Virus record (IMG/VR): IMGVR_UViG_3300030744_000156
Coordinates: 1-64,000 of that record
Reading direction: 5' to 3' (one strand)
Length of the DNA stretch: 64,000 nucleotides
Origin: a virus
Taxonomy: Duplodnaviria > Caudoviricetes
A program made the position numbers and the translations under genes. This document shows positions 53,762 through 62,671 of the stretch, piece after piece. Each line of letters starts with the position of its first letter. The stretch's first letter is position 1. The notes beneath the pieces are model-generated. The model made no database searches and had not been told where the DNA came from. It worked only from the letters and a program-made list of their open reading frames with translations.

Positions 53762-54262
53762 GTGGACTTGTTGCCGTACGCCGAGTACGCCGCCTCGCTC
53801 AACAGGAAGCGCACGAGCGCAGGTGTGCTCTACCGCGACCGCCGCGGTCGTGTGCTTCTCGTCAAGCCGACCTACAAGTCCGGCTGGGACATCCCAGGTG
53901 GAGCGGTCTCGGAGGGAGAACCACCGTGGCGCGCCGCTCGCCGCGAGGTCCAAGAAGAGATCGGATTCGACCTGCAGCTCGGCTCCCTCCTCGTCATCGA
54001 CTACATCCCCACCGAGCCCCCCATGCCGGAAGGTCTCGCGTTCGTCTTTGACGGCGGCCTGATCACCGACGAGGAGGTCTCGGCCATCGAGCTGCGTGAC
54101 CCGGAGATCGGCACAGTGCGTCTGAGCACCATCGACGAAACTCGTACCCTGATGAAGCCTCGGCTGGCCCGCCGGATCGAGGCCGCGCAACATGCCGCGC
54201 TCAACGGCGTTCTGACGTTCTGCGAGTCCGGGAAACCGATCATCGAACCCCGGCACAGCTGA
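53762..54262 (+). CDS. NUDIX hydrolase
   Basis: Nudix box PGGAVSEGEPPWRAARREVQEEIG; LLVKPTYK..W. Confidence 0.92.
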   Translation: MDLLPYAEYAASLNRKRTSAGVLYRDRRGRVLLVKPTYKSGWDIPGGAVSEGEPPWRAARREVQEEIGFDLQLGSLLVIDYIPTEPPMPEGLAFVFDGGLITDEEVSAIELRDPEIGTVRLSTIDETRTLMKPRLARRIEAAQHAALNGVLTFCESGKPIIEPRHS

Positions 54263-54274
54263 GGGAGACCGCCC

Positions 54275-55498
54275 ATGCAAGCGCCGCCGATCGCCGAGAA
54301 CCTTGCCCGATTCCGCAAGTCCCGGACCATGTCCCAGGAGGAGCTCGCCGCCTGCTCCGGTGTTGGCGTCGACACCATCGGCAGGATCGAACGCGGTGAG
54401 CGCCGCACCACCCGGCCAGGCACCGTCGCGAAACTCGCCAGAGCACTGGACGTCTCTGCCGAAGCGCTACTGGGATTGAGACCGGCGCCCAGCACGAGCC
54501 AGGCGCCGCAGGTAGCCGAGCTGCGGCACGCCATCACCGCGACCGCCGAGATCCCTGGCCTGTCGGACTTCAACGAGGTCAACGAGGTCGCGGCACCAAG
54601 CGATATCGCAGCCACGGCACATCGAGCATGGCGCGCCTACGTCGACGGCCAGCACGCCGAACTGCTGTACGCGCTCCCGATCCTGCTTGTCGACGCTCGG
54701 CGGCTCGTGCATCACACCTCCGGTGACGACAACGCCATCGCTCACCGGCTGCTCTCCACCGCTTACCGGCTCGGCGCCGGCCTCGCGGGACGCTACGACC
54801 TCGATGACCTCGCATGGACAGCAGCGGAACGTGCGCTCACGGCGGCGCACCACTCGGATGCGGCCGAGATCGAGACGGCCATTTCGCTGCGCTACCTCGT
54901 GTGGACCCTCGTCCGCCAAGGACGGTTGGATGATGCCGAACGGGTAGCGGTGATGGCGGCCGAGAAAATCGAGCCTCGCATGCTCGACCGCGACCCCGAG
55001 CGCGCCGGGGTGTTCGGCAACCTCGTCTTCAACGCTGCCACTGCCGCGCAGCGCGCCGGCAGCGAGAGCCGCGCTGATGACCTGCTGGCGGTGGCGCAGG
55101 CTGCCGCCGTGCGGGCAGGCCGGGACACCGCGTCCGAGAGCGCGATCTTCGGCCCGCGTGTCGCCGCCTTCCAGCGGGTCGACAAGGCCGTGCGGGCTGG
55201 TGATCCCGAGACCGCCCTGCAACTGGCCATGCGGGTACCGGAATCGCAGGGCGTGGTGCCCGCGTTCTGGGAGGCCGGCCACCGGCTGCACCTGGCCGCT
55301 GCGGCGTTGCAGGTTCGGCGCGATCAGCTCGCGCTCGACTTCCTGTCCGAGGCCCGCGACCTCGCCCCGGACTGGGTACGGCAGCAGCCGCTCGGAGCGA
55401 ACACGATGCGGCAGCTGGTCGACCGGGCGCCTCGTCGACGCGGCGCCGACTTTGCGCTGCTGGCGGCGCATTACGGGGTCGTTGAGACCGGACGGTGA
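54275..55498 (+). CDS. XRE-family regulator with long helical C-terminal domain
   Basis: LARFRKSRTMSQEELAACSGVGVDTIGRIERG; typical actinomycete XRE architecture. Confidence 0.88.
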   Translation: MQAPPIAENLARFRKSRTMSQEELAACSGVGVDTIGRIERGERRTTRPGTVAKLARALDVSAEALLGLRPAPSTSQAPQVAELRHAITATAEIPGLSDFNEVNEVAAPSDIAATAHRAWRAYVDGQHAELLYALPILLVDARRLVHHTSGDDNAIAHRLLSTAYRLGAGLAGRYDLDDLAWTAAERALTAAHHSDAAEIETAISLRYLVWTLVRQGRLDDAERVAVMAAEKIEPRMLDRDPERAGVFGNLVFNAATAAQRAGSESRADDLLAVAQAAAVRAGRDTASESAIFGPRVAAFQRVDKAVRAGDPETALQLAMRVPESQGVVPAFWEAGHRLHLAAAALQVRRDQLALDFLSEARDLAPDWVRQQPLGANTMRQLVDRAPRRRGADFALLAAHYGVVETGR

Positions 55499-55506
55499 AG
55501 TAGAGC

Positions 55507-55628
55507 TGGTGACGAGGACGGGATTCGAACCCGCGTCTCCTACTAGCCCCCTGCCTGACTGGCCGTCCGGACGTGCCAGCAGGCAGTACGTGGGGTGTTC
55601 AGGATTCTGGCCGCTGAACTACCTCGCC
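55507..55628 (-). ncRNA. tRNA-like RNA (122 nt) with a long hairpin replacing the anticodon loop
   Basis: Acceptor GGCGAGG/CCTCGTC+ACCA; U8 A9; D arm GTTC-AGCGGCCA-GAAT; variable AGAC; T arm GCGGG-TTCGAAT-CCCGT; 65-nt central region instead of ~18; -10 TAGCCT at 55641-55636. Confidence 0.75.
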
Positions 55629-55734
55629 GTAACCGAGGCTAGCTGACAGCGCGCGAGTGGCCAGCCACCCACAGCACCCTGAACCGACGATTCAACGGTC
55701 ACAAACCGGTCTCACCGACGAATCGCAGGCGTGT

Positions 55735-55765
55735 CGTCCGGTCCTGCGCTTGTTTAAACCGGACG
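55735..55765. promoter_or_regulatory. Palindromic operator copy
   Basis: CGTCCGGTCC-N11-AAACCGGACG between the tRNA-like gene and the portal operon. Confidence 0.7.
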
Positions 55766-55903
55766 AAGCGATCTACCTTGTGTCCATGCAGGACAGCGCC
55801 GCACACCCCACCGCTACCCAAGCGGCGCTCCCGGCATGCCAGGACTGGGACGCCCAACCCCCGCGTGGGGTGTGGGGTTGGGCGTCCTCCCCCGGCGGCC
55901 CGA

Positions 55904-56083
55904 ATGAACCTTAAAAGGCTCAAGGGCGCACGCAGCGCCGCACTCGTTCTTGGCGGCCTCGGCTGCATCGTCGCCGGAATCTGGGTCATCGCCGCCGTCA
56001 TCTTCGGCGCCATCATCGGCGCCGGCGCAGGCCTCATCGCCACCGGTTTCGCGTTCCTGCTCACCGAGCTGGTGAGCGAATGA
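55904..56083 (+). CDS. Small membrane protein preceding portal
   Basis: Two hydrophobic helices; ATGA coupled to portal. Confidence 0.65.
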   Translation: MNLKRLKGARSAALVLGGLGCIVAGIWVIAAVIFGAIIGAGAGLIATGFAFLLTELVSE

Positions 56084-58122
56084 GAAACCCACTTAGCCTC
56101 GTCTTCAACCAGGCGCCCGTCCCGCTCGCGACTCGCCGCAGCAGCGGTGGCGCGATGCTCAGCGCCGGCGGCACCGCAGGCGGCTTCGAAGCCCAGCTCC
56201 GCTCCTACACCTCGAACGGCACGGTCAACGGCATCGTCAGCCGCACCAGCACCGCCGTCTCCCAGTCCCAGTGGCACCTGTACCGCAAAGCCAAGTCCGG
56301 CAAGCCAGAAGACCGCGAGGAGATCACCAGCCACGCGGCCCTCGACCTGTGGAACAAGCCCAACCCGTTCATGCCCCAACAGGAGTTCCTCGAGGTCGTC
56401 CAGCAGCACATCGACCTGGCCGGCGAATCCCCGTGGGTGATCGCCTACGACAAGCGGGCCAAGAACCTGCCGCTTGAGCTGTGGCCCGTCCGCCCGGACC
56501 GCATGGAACCCGACCCGGATCCCGACAAGTTCCTGCTCGGCTGGAACTACCGCAGCCCCGAGAACGGCCAGCTCATCGGGTTGGGCTTGCGTGAGGTCAT
56601 CCACCTCCGCACCCCCAACCCGCTCGACCCCTACCGCGGCTGCTCCCCCATCGCCACCCTGCTCACCACCCTCGGACGCACCAAAGCCGCACAGGAGTGG
56701 AACAAGAACTTCTTCGTCAACTCGGCCCGGCCCGGCGGCATCATCCAGGTCCCCAACCGGCTGAACGACGACGAGTTTGACGAGCTCCGCATGCGCTGGA
56801 ACGAGCAGCACCGCGGCGTCGGCAACGCCCACAAGGTCGCGGTGCTCGAGCACGGCGAGTGGAAAGAGCTCGGCTTCAGCATCAAAGACCTTCAGGTCAC
56901 CGAGCTACGCGAGTCTGACCGGGACGAGATCCTCGAGGCCTACGGCTTCCCGCGCTCCATGCTCGGCATCGACGAGTCGGCGAACAAGGCCGTGGCCGCC
57001 ACCGCCGAGTACATCTTCGCCAAGTGGTTGACGGTGCCCAGGTTGCAGCGCATCCGAGGAGCCCTCAACCACGACCTCCTGCCCTTGTACGGCGAGACCG
57101 CGCGGGACCTTGAGTTCGACTTCGACAGCCCCGTACCCCAGGACGAGGCCGCCGAAAACGATGCCCGCGACTCGAAGGTCAACGCCTACAAGGTCCTGGT
57201 CGTCGACTGCGGTGTGGACCCGAAGGACGCGGCCGAGGTCGTCGGCCTGCCGGTCATGGAGATCCGTGAACGCGTCGAAGCGCCGGCCCGCGAGAAGACC
57301 ACGCCCGCCGAGAAGGTGGATGACGCGCAGTGGTCGCGGATCGTCGCCAACCTCGTCCGCAATGCCGCCGAGGATGAGGCACCCGAGGTGGACCTGTCCG
57401 CCGTCGAGGAAGCCTGGACTGCTGCGCTGGTTGCACTGCTCGCGCAGTGGACGTCCGTCGTCGCCGACTGGATCACCCAGCTCCTCGCCCAGATCCGCGG
57501 TGTGTTCGAGTCCGGCACCCGCTCCGGTCTTGCTGATCTGAGCGTCTCGACGGCGACCGCGACCGGCGTGTTGCAGGACGCTCTGCTGCGGCTCGGTGAG
57601 ACCTCTGCCCGTCAGGTCGTCCGCGAGGCAGCCGAGCAGGACGTCGACCTGTCCGCCGTCTACCCCTCACGGGACGACTACGCCGACGACGCCAGCCTGA
57701 CCGTCGACCTGCTCGCCCGCGGACTCGAAACCTCGGCGGCCCGCGAAGCTCAGCGTCTCGCCGGACCTGAGCCGGACGTGACCGCAGTCGTTGACGGGGT
57801 ACGGGAACACCTTGAGGCCCTGACTGACGCCGAGCCGCGCAGGGTGCTGGGCGGGGCGCTGCACGGCGCAACGAACGCGGCACGAGCAGCCACGCTCGCA
57901 GCCGGCCCGCTCGGCGCCATCTACGCCAGCGAAATGAACGACCACAACCGATGCAAGCCCTGCGCCGACATCGACGGCCGCTGGATCTGCAACACCGACG
58001 ACCTCACCGCGCTCTACAAGCTCTACCCGCTCACCGGCTACGTCGACTGCCTCGGCGGGGTTCGCTGCCGCGGCACTTTCCACGGCGTGTGGCGACCGCA
58101 GACCGGCAAGGAGACCTCATGA
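56080..58122 (+). CDS. Portal protein fused to minor capsid (Mu gpF-like) domain
   Basis: ID L.GE..W, LWPVRPDRM, VIH.R.PNP.D..RG.SP, RPGGII, YGFPRSMLG; C-term SEMND.N.C.PC..IDG...CLG..RCRG. Confidence 0.88.
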   Translation: MRNPLSLVFNQAPVPLATRRSSGGAMLSAGGTAGGFEAQLRSYTSNGTVNGIVSRTSTAVSQSQWHLYRKAKSGKPEDREEITSHAALDLWNKPNPFMPQQEFLEVVQQHIDLAGESPWVIAYDKRAKNLPLELWPVRPDRMEPDPDPDKFLLGWNYRSPENGQLIGLGLREVIHLRTPNPLDPYRGCSPIATLLTTLGRTKAAQEWNKNFFVNSARPGGIIQVPNRLNDDEFDELRMRWNEQHRGVGNAHKVAVLEHGEWKELGFSIKDLQVTELRESDRDEILEAYGFPRSMLGIDESANKAVAATAEYIFAKWLTVPRLQRIRGALNHDLLPLYGETARDLEFDFDSPVPQDEAAENDARDSKVNAYKVLVVDCGVDPKDAAEVVGLPVMEIRERVEAPAREKTTPAEKVDDAQWSRIVANLVRNAAEDEAPEVDLSAVEEAWTAALVALLAQWTSVVADWITQLLAQIRGVFESGTRSGLADLSVSTATATGVLQDALLRLGETSARQVVREAAEQDVDLSAVYPSRDDYADDASLTVDLLARGLETSAAREAQRLAGPEPDVTAVVDGVREHLEALTDAEPRRVLGGALHGATNAARAATLAAGPLGAIYASEMNDHNRCKPCADIDGRWICNTDDLTALYKLYPLTGYVDCLGGVRCRGTFHGVWRPQTGKETS

Positions 58123-59291
58123 AGGACCGGACGAGGGCTGCGCGCCGGATGGCGGTCGCCAAGACCGCGGCCCCGCAGAAGCGCGTCAACGCCAACAAGT
58201 GGTACCGGATCGAGAACCTCGTCGACCGGCCCTCCGCCGCGGCGATCTACATCTACGACCGCATCGGCTGCTCCTGCTGGTGGGACGACGAATGCCGGTG
58301 CCTCACCGCGAAGAACTTCGTCGACGAGATCAACGCGCTGCGGGTCGACGAGCTCCACGTGCACATCAACTCGCCGGGCGGCGAGGTCGATGACGGCATC
58401 GCGATCCACACGACGCTGCGCAATCACCGCGCCCGGAAGACGTCGTACATCGACGGGATCGCCGCGTCTGCCGCCTCGTTCATCGCGCTCGCCTCGGACG
58501 AGGTCGTGATCGCCGAAGCAGGTCAGATGATGATCCACGACGCCTCGACCATCGCGATCGGTGACGCCGCCGAACTGCGCGAGACCGCCGAACTGCTGGA
58601 CCGGTACTCGAACAACATCGCCGGGATCTACTCGCGCAAGTCCGGCAGGTCCGTTGAGGAGTGCCGAGACCTGATGCGCGCGGAGACGTGGTTCACCGGC
58701 GTCGAAGCCGTTGAGGCTGGCCTCGCCGACCGCACCGACGCGGACCCTGCCGAGGAAGACGGCGACGAGGACATGCAGCAGCGCATGGCGGCCCGCCACA
58801 ACCTGTCGCTGTTCGCGTTCCGCTACGCCGGCCGCGAGCTGGCCCCCGCGCCCGCGCTCACCAACCACGTGGAGCCAGGCGAACCTGCGGCGGACGTCGA
58901 ACCGGAGGCCGTTGTGGACGCCCCCGAACCTGTCGAGCCCGATGTGGCCGCTGTGGTCGAGCCCGTGGAGGACACCACGGGCACCGTCGATGCCGCTGTC
59001 GTGTCCGAACCGTCCGCTCTTGAGGTTGACGAAACCGGACGGCTCGACGAGGAGACCCCGGCTGAGGCCGCCTTGACCTCAGAGCCGGCCGAGTCCGAGG
59101 CGGACGGCACGCCCGCCGATGCCCTGGCCGCCGAGCCGGACCCCGAACCCGTCGATGCCACGCCGGAACCGGACCCGGTCACGGCAACCACCGACACGGA
59201 CCCGTGGGCGCAGCTCATGAGTCCCCTGCTCTCCGCCACCCCAGCGTCGTCCACCTGGGACGACGTGTTCTCCACCCTCACCAAGCCCTGA
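58119..59291 (+). CDS. ClpP-type prohead protease with acidic P/E/D-rich tail
   Basis: HINSPGG.V.DG.AI, IDGIAASAAS, MMIHDA, ETWFT..EAVEAGLAD. Confidence 0.92.
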   Translation: MKDRTRAARRMAVAKTAAPQKRVNANKWYRIENLVDRPSAAAIYIYDRIGCSCWWDDECRCLTAKNFVDEINALRVDELHVHINSPGGEVDDGIAIHTTLRNHRARKTSYIDGIAASAASFIALASDEVVIAEAGQMMIHDASTIAIGDAAELRETAELLDRYSNNIAGIYSRKSGRSVEECRDLMRAETWFTGVEAVEAGLADRTDADPAEEDGDEDMQQRMAARHNLSLFAFRYAGRELAPAPALTNHVEPGEPAADVEPEAVVDAPEPVEPDVAAVVEPVEDTTGTVDAAVVSEPSALEVDETGRLDEETPAEAALTSEPAESEADGTPADALAAEPDPEPVDATPEPDPVTATTDTDPWAQLMSPLLSATPASSTWDDVFSTLTKP

Positions 59292-59298
59292 AGGGGGC

Positions 59299-60780
59299 GT
59301 GACGATGAAGACGAAGCTCTCTCCGGGGCGGCGTGCGCTGCTCGCATCTCGCGGCATCGACCCGAGGTGGGTCGGCCGCATCTGCAACCGGGCCACCCTC
59401 ACCCCGCCGCCCGGTGTGCCGATCCCGAAGAACGCCGACGAGCTCGCCGAGATGATCGGCGACCCGTCCAAGGTCAAGGACATCGCGAAGGACGCCGCGA
59501 CGCTCGCCGGGTTCGTGCAGGCCTACGCCGACGAGCAGCAGGGCGACGGCACCGACCTGCGTCGTGAGATCCAGGCGGAGACGCAGCGGACGCTCGCGAA
59601 GATGCTGCGCGACAGCGACGTCGACGACGACGGTGCGGAGAACATCAAGCGCCTCAACCTCGACCCGCAGAACCGTGCGGCCAACTCGCGGATGCTGTCG
59701 AACTACAAGCAGGCGGCGGCGCACAACCCCAAGGCACTCGGTGCCGCGCTGGACGGCAAGTTCGCGTCCAGCAACGAGTACATCCGCAACATCTGGCACC
59801 TCAACAAGCGGCCCGAGGCGCTGGCGGCACGGTCGGAGATCAGCAACGCGTTCGGCAGCGTGGTGCCGTCCGACGGTGGCTTCCTCGTCCCGGAGACGCT
59901 GAGGTCGCAGCTGCTGGAGATCGCGCTGGAGATGGCCGTTGTGCGGCCGCTGGCGACGGTCGTGCCGATGGAGTCGGCGCGCGTCCCGTTCCCGATGATC
60001 GACTCCACCACGAACTCGGGCAGCCTGTTCGGCGGCATGATCGCCTACTGGGCCGAGGAAAGCGCCGCGCTCACCGACTCGTCGGCGAAGTTCGGCAAGG
60101 TCACGCTCGACGCCCAGAAGCTCACGGGCCTGTCCGCGGTGCCGAACGAGCTGCTGCAGGACAGCCTCATCTCCTTCACGGCCCTGATCGAGCGGCTGTG
60201 GCCGCAGGCGCTGGCGTTCTTCGAGGACGCCGCCTTCATGACCGGCACCGGTGTGGGTCAGCCCCTGGGTTTCCTGGGTGCGGGCAACAACGCCGCCATC
60301 GAGGTCGCCGCCGAATCTGGCCAGGCCGCGGACACGATCCTCATCGAGAACATCGTCAAGATGTACTCGCGGATGCTGCCCGCCTCGCTGAACCGGGCGG
60401 CGTGGATCGTGTCGCCCGAGTGCATCCCGCAGCTGTACACGCTGGCACTCTCGGTCGGCACCGGCGGTGCCCCGGTGATGCTGGTCAACGCCGTAGGCGC
60501 GGGCCCGGCCACGATGCTCGGCCGCCCGATCATCGTCACCGAGAAGGCCGGTCGTCTCGGCAACCGCGGCGACATCTCGTTCGTCGACCTCGCCTACTAC
60601 CTGGTCGGCGACAGGCAGGTCATGACCGCCGACTCGTCCACCGACTACCGGTTCGGCGAGGACAAGACCACGTTCCGGATCATCCAGCGTGTCGACGGCC
60701 GCCCGTGGGTGCAGAGCGCGATCACCCCGCAGAACGGCGGCTCCACCCTTTCCCCGTTCGTCGAGCTCGCGGCCCGCTGA
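59299..60780 (+). CDS. Major capsid protein (HK97 fold)
   Basis: DGGFLVPE, YWAEES, F.KVTLDAQKL, ELLQDS, LLGRPI...E, GD.S.Y, F.ED.T.FR...RVDG. Confidence 0.92.
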   Translation: MTMKTKLSPGRRALLASRGIDPRWVGRICNRATLTPPPGVPIPKNADELAEMIGDPSKVKDIAKDAATLAGFVQAYADEQQGDGTDLRREIQAETQRTLAKMLRDSDVDDDGAENIKRLNLDPQNRAANSRMLSNYKQAAAHNPKALGAALDGKFASSNEYIRNIWHLNKRPEALAARSEISNAFGSVVPSDGGFLVPETLRSQLLEIALEMAVVRPLATVVPMESARVPFPMIDSTTNSGSLFGGMIAYWAEESAALTDSSAKFGKVTLDAQKLTGLSAVPNELLQDSLISFTALIERLWPQALAFFEDAAFMTGTGVGQPLGFLGAGNNAAIEVAAESGQAADTILIENIVKMYSRMLPASLNRAAWIVSPECIPQLYTLALSVGTGGAPVMLVNAVGAGPATMLGRPIIVTEKAGRLGNRGDISFVDLAYYLVGDRQVMTADSSTDYRFGEDKTTFRIIQRVDGRPWVQSAITPQNGGSTLSPFVELAAR

Positions 60781-60792
60781 TCCAGCCAACGT

Positions 60793-60851
60793 CCCAGGCG
60801 GCAATCAACCCCCGCCTGGGGCCCCACCAGAACGGCATTAAACCCCCGTTC
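60793..60851 (+). promoter_or_regulatory. Two tandem hairpins with matching 10-nt loops after the capsid gene
   Basis: CCCAGGCGG-CAATCAACCC-CCGCCTGGG and GAACGG-CATTAAACCC-CCGTTC. Confidence 0.5.
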
Positions 60852-60865
60852 GGAGAGGCACCACC

Positions 60866-61282
60866 ATGGAAGGACTCGGAAGGGTCTTCAACGTCGTCCC
60901 GGCGGCGAGCGGCGTGCACATCCCGCTCAAGAACGCCAGGGCCGTCAGCTTCGTCACCTTCGAGGACGACGGCTCCACGATCATCACGATCAAGGAGTCC
61001 GTCGACGGCGCGAGCGAGCAGAACCTCGCTGTCATCGACCTCATCCACAAGGCCCCCGGCGTCGGCGGCACGTGGACGAAGGTCACCCAGGCCGCGGCAG
61101 CGACCTACGACCTGGCGGACGACACCACCAACGACGCCACCGTCATCACGGTGAACGCCGAGTCGTTGTCGGACGGCTTCAACTGTGTCGAGGCGACTGT
61201 GGACGGCGGCATCTGCATCGCGGTCATCCACGACCTCACCCCCCAGCGGACCCCGGCGAACCTGCCGCGGAACGTGGTCTGA
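60866..61282 (+). CDS. Putative head-associated structural protein
   Basis: GGAGAGG RBS; beta-rich, post-capsid position. Confidence 0.65.
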   Translation: MEGLGRVFNVVPAASGVHIPLKNARAVSFVTFEDDGSTIITIKESVDGASEQNLAVIDLIHKAPGVGGTWTKVTQAAAATYDLADDTTNDATVITVNAESLSDGFNCVEATVDGGICIAVIHDLTPQRTPANLPRNVV

Positions 61283-61296
61283 GAGGGATCTGACTC

Positions 61297-61779
61297 ATGG
61301 CAACCATGGTTCCTGGGAAGCAGCAGCGGAATCTGCTGCTGGGCAGCGCTCCAGTCGCCTCGGCGTCGGGTGCGTTCGCGGCGGACACGCGCACGATCTT
61401 CACGGTCGCAGGCGGCGAGGTGCTGGTGACCGCCCTGTGGGGTGTGGTCACCACCGCCATCACCGTCGCGAACACGGTGGCGCTGCAGACGAATCCGACG
61501 ACCGGTGACACGAAGGTGTTCGTCGAGGCCACGGACATCGGCACCAACGACACGGCGGCCGGAACGGTGGTGGGGTTCAACGACTCCATCGACGACCCGG
61601 CCACGAACGGTGCCACGGTCGAGGAGAAGATCGAGCTCGGCGGCCACGCCCTGCGCGACCTTGTCGTGACGACCGGCGACATCGAGATGGTCGTCACCGG
61701 CACCAACCCGGACGGCGCGATCACCTGGTACGCCACGTGGATCCCGCTCACTGACGGCGCGACGCTGGTGGCCGGCTAG
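61297..61779 (+). CDS. Putative structural/decoration protein
   Basis: Thr/Gly/Val-rich, post-capsid position. Confidence 0.6.
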   Translation: MATMVPGKQQRNLLLGSAPVASASGAFAADTRTIFTVAGGEVLVTALWGVVTTAITVANTVALQTNPTTGDTKVFVEATDIGTNDTAAGTVVGFNDSIDDPATNGATVEEKIELGGHALRDLVVTTGDIEMVVTGTNPDGAITWYATWIPLTDGATLVAG

Positions 61780-61781
61780 TC

Positions 61782-62207
61782 ATGGCGGGCTCGATCACCG
61801 TGACGACGTCGGAGGTTGCAGGCGGCGCTGGAGTGCGTGAGTACTCGATCGCCTGGACCTCCGACGCGTCCGGAGCTGTCTCGGGCAACACCGTGGCGGT
61901 CGCCGCGGGCACGATCATCGCGGTCGAGTTCGTTCCTGGTGCTGGCGGTGTGCAGCCGTCGGATCTCTACGACGTCACGTTCACCGATGCCGAGGGCGTG
62001 AACATGTTCGACGACGGCGCGGGCACAAGCGTCGGGGCGAACCTGTCGAACTCCGCTGCCAGCCACAAGGTTCCGTTCGTGGGTGGCGGCTCCGTCACCT
62101 ACGTCCGGCAGTGGTTGCACGGCGGCACCTACACGCCGGTCGTGGCCGCTGCGGGCAACGCGAAGCAGGGAACGATCAACGTCTACGTGGCGCCGGGGGT
62201 TCTGTGA
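61782..62207 (+). CDS. Putative structural protein
   Basis: Beta-rich, late operon. Confidence 0.6.
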   Translation: MAGSITVTTSEVAGGAGVREYSIAWTSDASGAVSGNTVAVAAGTIIAVEFVPGAGGVQPSDLYDVTFTDAEGVNMFDDGAGTSVGANLSNSAASHKVPFVGGGSVTYVRQWLHGGTYTPVVAAAGNAKQGTINVYVAPGVL

Positions 62208-62671
62208 TGGCGCTGTGGGTCTGCCGTTCATGCACCACCCGGTTCTCGGTGGGCGCTGCGGCGTGCCCGCACTGCGGATCTCTTGAGCACTACGAGGAAG
62301 GCAGCGTCATGCCGAAGATCACCGTTCACGGCGGGCCGACGAACGCCGCTGCCGACCCGCCGAAGCCCGGACCGGTCACGGTCGGGGAGGCGGAACCCGA
62401 ACCCGTTGTGCTGCCCGAAGGTGCTGTCGTCGCGTCGGTCTCGGTCGACGGCGTGGACCAGGGGCCCGGCGAGGTCGGCGAAGCGCTCGGTGGCGGCTTC
62501 GAGCCGCTGCCCGAGGCCGTCGAAGGCGACACCACCAAGCACGTATCGGTGCCGGACTACGAGGCGTGGACGAAGACCCAGCTGCAGGAGGCACTCGCCG
62601 AGCGTGAGCTTCCGACATCCGGCACAAAGGCCGAACTCGTCACTCGGCTGCGAACCCACGACGAGCCATGA
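62207..62671 (+). CDS. Zinc-ribbon plus acidic linker plus SAP/HeH-like domain protein
   Basis: CRSC...CPHCGS; C-term YEAWTKTQLQEALAERELPTSGTKAELVTRL; a second start at 62309 is possible. Confidence 0.65.
   Translation: MALWVCRSCTTRFSVGAAACPHCGSLEHYEEGSVMPKITVHGGPTNAAADPPKPGPVTVGEAEPEPVVLPEGAVVASVSVDGVDQGPGEVGEALGGGFEPLPEAVEGDTTKHVSVPDYEAWTKTQLQEALAERELPTSGTKAELVTRLRTHDEP

Noticed and set aside
55564-55573. CGTCCGGACG palindrome at the tip of the tRNA-like insert as an operator
   Set aside because: It has the two half-sites with no spacer and could arise by chance in GC-rich DNA. Noted but not counted.
55539-55603. Archaeal-type bulge-helix-bulge intron in the tRNA-like gene
   Set aside because: A 4-bp CCCC/GGGG helix is flanked by unpaired stretches, but their sizes (4x4 internal loop, 5-nt bulge) are not canonical. 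No excision register I tried gives a 7-nt loop with U33 and purine 37. Not fully excluded without RT-PCR.
55507-55628. tmRNA or tmRNA fragment
   Set aside because: No G3-U70 alanine determinant, it has a full D stem, and there is no room for a tag ORF or pseudoknots.
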